From Promethearchaeota archaeon (GTDB lineage: Archaea > Asgardarchaeota > Lokiarchaeia > Sigyniarchaeales > SOKP01), in assembly GCA_019057795.1 (NCBI GenBank), contig JAHLWS010000010.1, positions 1 through 36,302 of the forward strand: DNA of 36,302 nucleotides, read 5' to 3'. Shown here in pieces: positions 28,817 to 36,302 of this stretch (positions are counted from its first letter, which is position 1; each line of letters opens with the position of its first letter). The notes below the pieces were generated by a model. It was given only the letters and a program-made list of their open reading frames with translations. It was not told where the DNA came from and made no database searches. The translations under genes and the position numbers were made by a program.

Positions 28817-31219
28817 TTAAAAACATAATAAATCTTTTTGAATAGATCTTCTATTAAAATCAGATTTTAATAATTCTTCGAGTTCAGGGAATTTAAAAGG
28901 AAAAATATTCTCAAAAGCTCTTTTTAGCAATTCGATATATTTCTTCTTATCGTACTGATGTTTTTTTTCGTCGTAAAGATCTGAGAGAATCACCTTCTTT
29001 TCGGGGAATTCTGGATCAGCATCGGCATTGAGTATAATATAGCGAACATTTTTACCGGGAGTCACTACCACACCTGATCTTTCTAGTTGTCTTGCAGCAA
29101 CAGCCTGATACGAGTTTACCTTGTATTGTGAAGGTTTTCTGGAAATCCTTTGGCGAATCGTAAGTTCTTCTCGCGAAACTTCACCGGTCTCTATCTTGTC
29201 CACATATCGATAGAGCATCTTCTTTACTTTTGGGATTCTTCTCATAAATTCTTCGATGGTTTTTGCGCCTTGAAATATGTCGATAAACGCGTACTGAGCG
29301 TCTTTAACGATTTTTGGCACGTCTCTGCGTCGAACTTCAATCCCCCTTACTTTTGTCTCTCCATCGCTCTTAATACCCCAGTAGTGGCTCAGTGCTGGAA
29401 TGTCCGGTTCTGCGCGAGATGGAAGAAAAACGATAAAATTGTACCTTCCGTCCCAGCTCATTGGAATACCCACTTGTTCAGTTATTTCTTCAGCAATTTT
29501 TTTAGTTACCATTTCGAACTCCTCGGGAGACCTACTTTTTGTATCTTTGAGCCAAATTGAATCCACAATTCCGTGAATAACTTTGCAACCATGTTCTTCT
29601 GCTATCTCCGCAGAGCGCATAAGGAATTCACGAGCAAACGCGCAAACCGTTTGATGAGCTTCGATCTTTCCAAAACGAGCATTTTTAAACCCTAAATACC
29701 CGAAACTTACTACGAGTACCCATTTTAGAGCAATATCGGTGAATTTATAACGAAGGTTCCCAGTTTTACGGACATACGCTTTGTACTTTAATCTTTTTGA
29801 TAAAGGCAGACTTATTGATTTCGATATGATTCCTTGTCTTTTTGAACATATATGAAAGTCCAATCCTGGAACTTTTACACCTGTACCGTCGTCTTTACAA
29901 CACTTGCAATTAATGGTTTCCGAAGAAATATTAAAGTTTGCCATTAAAGAAGGATACATAGAAGAAAAGTCTAGTTCTACCACTTGTTCAAAAACTCCAA
30001 TGATCGGTTCGAATATATGGCCTCCACGGTCGCTTCTAATTAGGTCCATTCCAGTATTGAAACCTTCTGGATTTTTCTTGAATGGAGGAATTAAATGGTC
30101 AAGTTTATAAGCGTTATAAAATTGAATCGACTGGAGTGCCCCCCCGATAGTTATACGACTTAATCTTTGGAGCGAGATTCGCGATATACGGGCGACTTCA
30201 ATAACGCCTGGAATATTTCCTTCCGTAAAATGGAGACTGGCGTAAGTTGTTGTGTCCAAATGAAATCTGCCACTTAAATAGACCTGAGTCTTTGAACGTC
30301 GTCTTATTATTCCATAAGACATATAATGATCTGAACCACCAGAAAGCTCGAAAAGACAGTTTACCAATGGCTTTTTATCCCGAGAAAGGTAAAGATCTTT
30401 TGTTACTCGATTCTCTGAAGCCCGAGCAACTAGATACGGAAGGAGAAATTCATCCCCATTTTGGGTAAGTATTATATCAGGATCGAGATGTTCGATTACT
30501 TTGCTTATAGTCTTCAAGGTTTCCGCTTCGTCTGCTTTCTCGATCAATATTTTTCGTTTTATGTATCCATCTGCTCGTGGAACATTGCTCTCGTCGTTTT
30601 CAACAATACTGATTTCAGCATGAGAAATGGGATCGTTATAATATGGTCTTATCCCTTGATGCTGAATTTTTACATCTAACCAAACGGCTTTTAGTGGAGG
30701 CAAATCGTAGAATAACTTTTCGTTGTCATCTTGTAAATCTAGAGAAACAAGGCGTAAAATATTACTTCTCTTGTCTTTGCCCTTTTCAATTTTAACTTTG
30801 AAACGACAGAAAGACATAGGGAATATGTCATTGACATAGAAATACATCTGAGTAATAGGAAGATCCGTATTATGCAAGATAAAAAGTCCTATTCTGTCAA
30901 TCTCTTTAATTGTTTTCTTAAATACCGAGGGTTTCGTTACAGTGACACCAAGAACTTTCGTTTTATCGTGATCTTCGAGTTTTGCATACTTTTCACAGAT
31001 CCGCACCTCTTTTACATTTAGATTTTGAGTAAGGATATATTTCAATCGCTTTAAGTCGTTACCGACTTCATTTCTGGGCACTGCAAAAAATTCAGGACAG
31101 AATTCTTGGTATATTTTTATTACCTTCTGCTCTTTTGAGGTTTTTACCCAAAGGATAACTCCTTCGCTAAAAGTAGATACATCTAAAAGCCACCCGTCAA
31201 AAACATTCTGTGAGTCCAA
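28817..31219 (-). CDS. polB2: Family B DNA polymerase, PolB2 (group G2) type with degenerate catalytic/exonuclease motifs
   Basis: DRGG, DFSSMYPS, NISSETINCKCC, LKWVLVVSFGYLGFKNARFG.IEAH, HGIVDS in place of YGDTDS, RGIEVRRRD. Confidence 0.92.
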   Translation of the reverse strand: MDSQNVFDGWLLDVSTFSEGVILWVKTSKEQKVIKIYQEFCPEFFAVPRNEVGNDLKRLKYILTQNLNVKEVRICEKYAKLEDHDKTKVLGVTVTKPSVFKKTIKEIDRIGLFILHNTDLPITQMYFYVNDIFPMSFCRFKVKIEKGKDKRSNILRLVSLDLQDDNEKLFYDLPPLKAVWLDVKIQHQGIRPYYNDPISHAEISIVENDESNVPRADGYIKRKILIEKADEAETLKTISKVIEHLDPDIILTQNGDEFLLPYLVARASENRVTKDLYLSRDKKPLVNCLFELSGGSDHYMSYGIIRRRSKTQVYLSGRFHLDTTTYASLHFTEGNIPGVIEVARISRISLQRLSRITIGGALQSIQFYNAYKLDHLIPPFKKNPEGFNTGMDLIRSDRGGHIFEPIIGVFEQVVELDFSSMYPSLMANFNISSETINCKCCKDDGTGVKVPGLDFHICSKRQGIISKSISLPLSKRLKYKAYVRKTGNLRYKFTDIALKWVLVVSFGYLGFKNARFGKIEAHQTVCAFAREFLMRSAEIAEEHGCKVIHGIVDSIWLKDTKSRSPEEFEMVTKKIAEEITEQVGIPMSWDGRYNFIVFLPSRAEPDIPALSHYWGIKSDGETKVRGIEVRRRDVPKIVKDAQYAFIDIFQGAKTIEEFMRRIPKVKKMLYRYVDKIETGEVSREELTIRQRISRKPSQYKVNSYQAVAARQLERSGVVVTPGKNVRYIILNADADPEFPEKKVILSDLYDEKKHQYDKKKYIELLKRAFENIFPFKFPELEELLKSDFNRRSIQKDLLCF

Positions 31220-31222
31220 CTT

Positions 31223-31498
31223 CTACTCTTTTCTCTTTATTATTTCCTCTATTTCAATAATCTTTTTTTCCAACGACCCAATTTTCTTTTCTTGCTCAAT
31301 CGCAAACGAAATGAAAAGAATTTCTGAAAGCATAGGGCGAGCGCTTAAACTGCCGGCATCCGCATGAATTCTCGCAAAGTTCATTAATTTATCAAATATT
31401 TTTTGATCTTCTGGCCTAAGCGCTCTTTTATAGTCCTTCCAGCTTTCGATCTCGTGTTCAAGCGCAGGACGAAAGCTTGGTACGGTTCTACCACACAT
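31223..31498 (-). CDS. PolB2-associated small helical protein (PPB2/arCOG07300-like)
   Basis: GRTVPSFR..W..YKRALR.EDQKIFD motif directly upstream of polB2. Confidence 0.85.
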   Translation of the reverse strand: MCGRTVPSFRPALEHEIESWKDYKRALRPEDQKIFDKLMNFARIHADAGSLSARPMLSEILFISFAIEQEKKIGSLEKKIIEIEEIIKRKE

Positions 31499-31665
31499 TT
31501 TACTTCAATTTTCTTTTTAGTTTTTCAAGCAAACCCAGAAGGGTAGTCTTCTGAAACATTAAAAAAAATATACTTCGAAAATTTTCTAATTTTCTATCTA
31601 AAAAAATAATATATAGAACTTTAACATTCTAAGATTATAGTGAAAATTTAATTATTGGATGAGAT

Positions 31666-32637
31666 ATGAAATATAAGATAATTGATTCCCTTTGTTATGT
31701 ACCAACTGAAGAAGTCTTTGTCGATCTTTTAGTGTCGTTACCTCCTCAGATGGCTAGATATCTTAAAGATATTTTTGGTCCACGAATTGCTCCTCTACTT
31801 GGGATAACGGCAGAAGAACTTTATGTTATGAAAACAACATTAAATGCAGCTGAACTCAGGAATGCGATTAAACCTTTTATGCCAAATATAAGAAAAATGA
31901 CATCAACTACAGATGAATTTGTCAAACTGCTCGACAAGATGGGCGTTGAAAAAGCTGTTATATTTAATCTCGACGAAGAAACGCCTAGTGGAATTGCTGG
32001 GCTTCCAAACGACTATTATGCCGAAATTGTTAAAAAACATCCAGATAAATTCGTAGGATTTGCAGGCATTGATCCTTTAAAACGAATGAAAGCCGTAAGA
32101 GAGATAAGAAGATCTTACGATTTAGGGCTTAGAGGCGTAGCTGTTCGACCGTTTATGTTTGGAATACCGCCCCATCATGCGAAAATGTATCCAATTTATT
32201 CCACATGCGTGGAACTTGACATCCCTATTTGGTTTCATCTTTCTATAAATTATTCCACTAATAATATGGAAGTTGAAAGACCGATCTACTTAGATATTGT
32301 CGCTCAGGATTTTCTTGAATTGAAGATTATTGCAGGACATGGCGGATGGCCTTGGGTAAACGAATTAGTAGCTGTTGCTTGGCGTAATCCTAACATATAC
32401 ATTGATATTGCATCTTACCTTCCTAAGTATATTGGTATGAAAGGAACAGGATGGGAGCAACTTATTCATTTCGGCAATTCAGTTCTTCAAGATAGAATTC
32501 TATTTGGATCAACTTGGCTTTTTATGGGAATGTCAATAAAACAATTAGCAGATGGCGTTATGGAATTACCTCTTAAGGAAGAAGTTAAAAGAAAGTGGCT
32601 CTACGAAAATGCTGCTAGACTTTTAGGGATAAAATAA
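31666..32637 (+). CDS. Amidohydrolase_2 family protein
   Basis: PDKFVGFAGIDP, YPIY..CVELDIPIWFH, AGHGGWPW, NIYIDIA, DRILFGS, ENAARLLG. Confidence 0.88.
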   Translation: MKYKIIDSLCYVPTEEVFVDLLVSLPPQMARYLKDIFGPRIAPLLGITAEELYVMKTTLNAAELRNAIKPFMPNIRKMTSTTDEFVKLLDKMGVEKAVIFNLDEETPSGIAGLPNDYYAEIVKKHPDKFVGFAGIDPLKRMKAVREIRRSYDLGLRGVAVRPFMFGIPPHHAKMYPIYSTCVELDIPIWFHLSINYSTNNMEVERPIYLDIVAQDFLELKIIAGHGGWPWVNELVAVAWRNPNIYIDIASYLPKYIGMKGTGWEQLIHFGNSVLQDRILFGSTWLFMGMSIKQLADGVMELPLKEEVKRKWLYENAARLLGIK

Positions 32638-32664
32638 ATAAAATAATCATTAATAGAAAATAAA

Positions 32665-33090
32665 ATGAGCAATAGGTATTGTATTATGAGCATATATTTA
32701 AAGGAGCACGCCCCTTGTGGTATATATTGCAAAAGATGCCCAGGAGTAAAGGTTTATAAGTGTAAAGGTTGCCGGGAGCAGAATGGTCAAATAAAAGATT
32801 TCCCCGTATGTAAAACATATGAATGCGTAACAAGCAAGGGACATAAATTCTGCTACGAATGTGAAGATTTTCCTTGCGAGAAATTACAACCGATCGTAAA
32901 TTTTGAAATTTTCTTACCTCACAATTCAAAAATTTACAACCTGCTTATGATAAAGAAGCATGGCATTGTTAAGTGGAATGAAATTTGTGAGAAGAAATCA
33001 GACCTTTATTATAAAGGGCGAAAAATTCAATTTGGTGGCGATCCTTTGACTCTTGAAAAAAAGAATCCAAATTTATACAAAAAGAAATAA
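32665..33090 (+). CDS. DUF3795 cysteine-rich protein
   Basis: APCGIYCKRCP, CKGCR, C..YEC..KG..FCYECEDFPCEKL; start could be the second Met. Confidence 0.8.
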   Translation: MSNRYCIMSIYLKEHAPCGIYCKRCPGVKVYKCKGCREQNGQIKDFPVCKTYECVTSKGHKFCYECEDFPCEKLQPIVNFEIFLPHNSKIYNLLMIKKHGIVKWNEICEKKSDLYYKGRKIQFGGDPLTLEKKNPNLYKKK

Positions 33091-33125
33091 TAGAACTATC
33101 GTTTAATCCGTTTAATCTTCGATTT

Positions 33126-33884
33126 TTAGGAAAACCAGCAATCTAACGTCATGTTTTTCATTGACTTTGCTAAGTTCTTTTTTGGAGCGCGTGGCTTCCA
33201 CTTTAAAAGGCGGTTTTCAGGCAAAAAAGGATGCTGAACTAAAACATATTCGGTATATCGCTCGTCTTCGTTTATCAATGCTAATACACTTCCGAAGTGG
33301 GAGAGAATTTTTCCGCCATTAGGTCTATATAGAGAATATTCGTTTAGAGGAGCCGTTAGGACGATGAGTGGTCTTGTTTTAGAGAGAATCGTTTTAATCC
33401 CGTTAATAGCTCTCAGTAAATCCTCAAACATCTGCTTTTCGTAACTCTGAAACAATGTAGTAATACCAGAAATTAAAACAACTTTGACATGCTCAAGCTT
33501 AGAGAGCCTATTTTCTAAAAGCTCTACCATTTGATCCCAAATAAACGCGCGGGCAATAAGAATGTTCTCTAACACTTTCCGAGGCGATAAATTTTGGGAA
33601 ACAGCAAACTTGCTTACGTTATATGGGTTAAAACGGTTATTTGCGTCAATGAAAGCAACTTTTATTTCTTCTCCTAAACCTCCATTATTAAAAGATTTTT
33701 GAGCGATAACCGCAGTGGTCAATAGAATGTTCGCAAGTTTTTTTTTATCGCCATAAAGTAGATAAACTAAGTTTTTATGAAAGCCACCGCCTCCCAATAA
33801 CTCGTCTAGCGTTGAATCTCCGCTCGAAACTAAAGGAGTTCTCTTGTTTTTTCTATAAAAATTAAACCCCGAATTAAACGACAT
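33126..33884 (-). CDS. Inactivated RadA/RecA-like protein (iRadA) typical of PolB2 modules
   Basis: SSGDSTLDELLGGG, FIDANNRFNPY, LENILIARAF..QM; Walker A degenerate (YGDKKKLAN). Confidence 0.85.
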   Translation of the reverse strand: MSFNSGFNFYRKNKRTPLVSSGDSTLDELLGGGGFHKNLVYLLYGDKKKLANILLTTAVIAQKSFNNGGLGEEIKVAFIDANNRFNPYNVSKFAVSQNLSPRKVLENILIARAFIWDQMVELLENRLSKLEHVKVVLISGITTLFQSYEKQMFEDLLRAINGIKTILSKTRPLIVLTAPLNEYSLYRPNGGKILSHFGSVLALINEDERYTEYVLVQHPFLPENRLLKWKPRAPKKNLAKSMKNMTLDCWFS

Positions 33885-34263
33885 TACTTAAACTGATGAA
33901 TCCCTCAAAAAAAAAGTGGGTTACTCCGACAATTTTCTAAAATTTGCTACAAACATAAATAAATTCCTTAAGATAATTACTCAAGCTAGAAGAGAAATTC
34001 TCTTTTAAGGTAAAAGCGTTTCATGGAGACGGAGGGAGGAAAGTAGAAGTAAAAATAAAATAAGATAGATAATTTCGAGCTTTTGATGTGTCGACAAAAA
34101 TCATTGCAGCTATTTAACAGAATTTAAATTTTCGAAGTTCAACCTTTTCAAGCAAATATTCTAAATATATGATCACTAATTCAAAACTTTATAACTAATA
34201 TCGTCAGTATTAATTATTAACAACTTTTTTTAACTAAAATTGTAAAATTGATGTGAAATTAAA

Positions 34264-35976
34264 ATGACAAGCCCATATACAGATCGTTTTTGGCGCAAAT
34301 ATTGGGACGAGGGATTAACGGACTTGGATCCTAGCTTGTGGGAATCCTCTTACACAGATGCAGTTAGGACCATTTTTGATAACTTTCCCGACAAAATGAT
34401 TTTATCTTTCCAAGGTTTAGAAATTACTTTCGGACAAATAGATAAATCTTCTAACCAATTTGCTCATATGTTAATTGATCAAGGATTTAAGAAAGGAGAT
34501 GTCGTAGGAATTAATCTTCCAAATACTCCGGAGTATATTATAGCATTTCTTGGGACTTTAAAAGCTGGTTGTGTTGTTTCTGGCGTAAGTCCACTCATGT
34601 CAGATGTTCAAATGCATTATCAAATAAATGATTTAGGAGCAGGCGAAAAAAATGTTGCTTTAGTTACTCTCGACGCGATTTTTGAGCATCGATTGAAAAA
34701 CATAGCGTCAAAATTACCACAATTAAAGCTTGTAATAGCTACTAGCGTAATAGGGTCATTTTCAAAGGAAAAACAAGCTAAAATTAAGGCTGTTAAAGAG
34801 ATTCCTTTTGGAAAGGTAACTCCCTTAGAAGGAAAAACTGTTCTCGACTTTCACGATGATATTTTAGCTAAATACCCAACTGAACTACCTACAGTTGATG
34901 TAACTCCAGATGATCTTGCATTTATTCAATACACTGGAGGAACTACAGGACCTCCAAAAGGGGCGATGCTAACTCATAGAAACGTACTTGCAGACCTTAT
35001 AATCGTTCAAACCTGGCTTGGCTGGGAGAAGGGGGCAAATATTGCGCTTTCAGGGTTTCCTTTTTTCCATATAGCAGGTCTATTTTTCTGTTACGCCTGT
35101 ATATTTCTTGGTTGGGGTCAAGTCCTTATAGCGGATCCCAGAGATACCTTAACAATTTGCAACGAAATGAAAAAATATAATCCTACGGCACTTGTAAATG
35201 TTCCAACATTATTTCAAATTCTTATAAACACCAAAAAATTTAAAAGATTAGATCATTCTAACTTAGATATTTGTATTTCTGCTGCAGCCCCATTTCCGAA
35301 AGAATCTCAACAAAAATTAGAAAGTATAGTTGGAAAGGGAAAATTACTGGAAGCTTATGGAATGACTGAATGTTCTCCACTTTCAACAATGAACCCTTAC
35401 AAAGGAAAACGAAAGTTAGGCTCTATAGGTCTACCTTTATTAAATGTAGAATTAAAACTTGTTGATCCCGAAAGTGGTGAAGAAGTTCCATTAGGAGAAG
35501 CGGGTGAAATTTATGTAAGAGGTCCAATGGTTATGAAAGGTTATTATAACAAACCTGAGGAAACTAAGAATGCAATTGACTTTGATGGATTTATGCATAC
35601 TGGAGATGTAGCAATAATGAGTGAGGACGGATATTTGAGAATTGTAGATCGAACTAAGGATATGATAATTGTTGGTGGTTTCAAAGTATTTTCTTCTAAA
35701 GTAGAGGATACATTGGTTAAGCACCCTGCAATTGGAATGGTTGCCCTTATTGGAGTACCTAATCCTGATAGACTCGGCTCAGAAATTGTTAAAGCAATTC
35801 TGCAACTAGATCCTAATTACGAGTACGAGGGAAACGAGGAAGCATTAAAAGAGGACATTATCAAATTTGCGAAAGAGAATTGTGCGCCATATGAAGTCCC
35901 AAAAATAATCGAATTTGCTAAAGAATTACCACTAACAGTAGTAGGTAAAATCGATAAGAAAGCTTTAAGGAAATAA
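34264..35976 (+). CDS. fadD: Long-chain fatty-acid--CoA ligase (AMP-binding family)
   Basis: YTGGTTGPPKG, PFFHIAG, EAYGMTE, GPMVMKGYY, HTGD, DRTKDMIIVGG, GKIDKKALR. Confidence 0.9.
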   Translation: MTSPYTDRFWRKYWDEGLTDLDPSLWESSYTDAVRTIFDNFPDKMILSFQGLEITFGQIDKSSNQFAHMLIDQGFKKGDVVGINLPNTPEYIIAFLGTLKAGCVVSGVSPLMSDVQMHYQINDLGAGEKNVALVTLDAIFEHRLKNIASKLPQLKLVIATSVIGSFSKEKQAKIKAVKEIPFGKVTPLEGKTVLDFHDDILAKYPTELPTVDVTPDDLAFIQYTGGTTGPPKGAMLTHRNVLADLIIVQTWLGWEKGANIALSGFPFFHIAGLFFCYACIFLGWGQVLIADPRDTLTICNEMKKYNPTALVNVPTLFQILINTKKFKRLDHSNLDICISAAAPFPKESQQKLESIVGKGKLLEAYGMTECSPLSTMNPYKGKRKLGSIGLPLLNVELKLVDPESGEEVPLGEAGEIYVRGPMVMKGYYNKPEETKNAIDFDGFMHTGDVAIMSEDGYLRIVDRTKDMIIVGGFKVFSSKVEDTLVKHPAIGMVALIGVPNPDRLGSEIVKAILQLDPNYEYEGNEEALKEDIIKFAKENCAPYEVPKIIEFAKELPLTVVGKIDKKALRK

Positions 35977-35983
35977 TAAAATC

Positions 35984-36000
35984 TTTTTTTTTTTATTTTT
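35984..36000 (+). terminator. Oligo-T archaeal terminator after fadD
   Basis: Long T run immediately after the stop codon. Confidence 0.6.
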
Positions 36001-36171
36001 ATTCGTCATTAATCACAATTTTATAAACTATTTATTTAAAAAGAGTTCTAAGAAGAGAAGAGAACGAATTTGTAAGAAAATATTAAAATTGCGAAATGAA
36101 ATATCTAAAAAATTAAACTTTATAATACAATGCATCAAATATAATTATAACAATTTTTTCGAAAAAAAAAT

Positions 36172-36302
36172 ATGAGGCTGCAAGTTCATCTCACCAACCG
36201 ACAATAATGGCCTCCACTTTCGAGACATCAATAGGTTGATAGTATTTTGAAATATCCACAGTTAACCCTTCATAATGGCGACTCCTCGTACGCCACTTCG
36301 CC
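36172..36302. other. Truncated element at the window edge: 3' end of a minus-strand CDS or part of a structured RNA
   Basis: GC-richer than flanks; minus frame open 36301-36191 (..HYEGLTVDISKYYQPIDVSKVEAIIVGW*) followed by T9; several short hairpins. Confidence 0.3.

Noticed and set aside
31572-34139. Shared AAATTTTCGAAGT 13-mer upstream of PPB2 and iRadA as a damage-response box
   Set aside because: Opposite orientations, different distances and AT-rich composition; too weak without comparative data
300-35724. Short antisense or overlapping track ORFs (e.g. 300..518, 3682..3909, 4570..4917, 9202..9393, 11257..11868 set, 12387..12773, 20845..21033, 29150..29560, 32684..32929, 35491..35724)
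   Set aside because: Shadow ORFs of well-supported genes with no motifs
1-36302. CRISPR array, rRNA, IS element/integrase or provirus
   Set aside because: No regularly spaced repeats, rRNA signatures, transposase/integrase motifs or att duplications seen

Overview
AT-rich archaeal chromosomal segment. The gene content (crenarchaeal-type PolB1, PolB2 module, BHB-intron tRNA, TrmB, GGAGGTG Shine-Dalgarno, oligo-T terminators) is most consistent with Asgard archaea (Lokiarchaeia-like); this is inference. Recognisable genes: polB1, tldD/pmbA, tRNA-Thr(TGT) with a 22-nt intron, two AmpG/AT-1-like MFS paralogs flanking a thioesterase, two tandem Fe-S proteins and a DUF134 gene, dapL-like aminotransferase, a GH4 glycosidase, a TrmB regulator, a GyrI-like protein, a split iRadA/PPB2/PolB2 module, an amidohydrolase, DUF3795 and an acyl-CoA ligase. 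The least explained part is 14.7-26.9 kb. It holds a ~180-235 nt intergenic element that folds into a four-way junction next to a 58-aa microprotein gene, and an operon for a 312-aa plus a 2541-aa almost entirely transmembrane protein with ~128-aa repeats, preceded by tandem palindromes. It also holds two paralogous 54/57-aa microprotein genes, missing from the ORF track, with a duplicated promoter. No CRISPR array, rRNA or transposase was seen.
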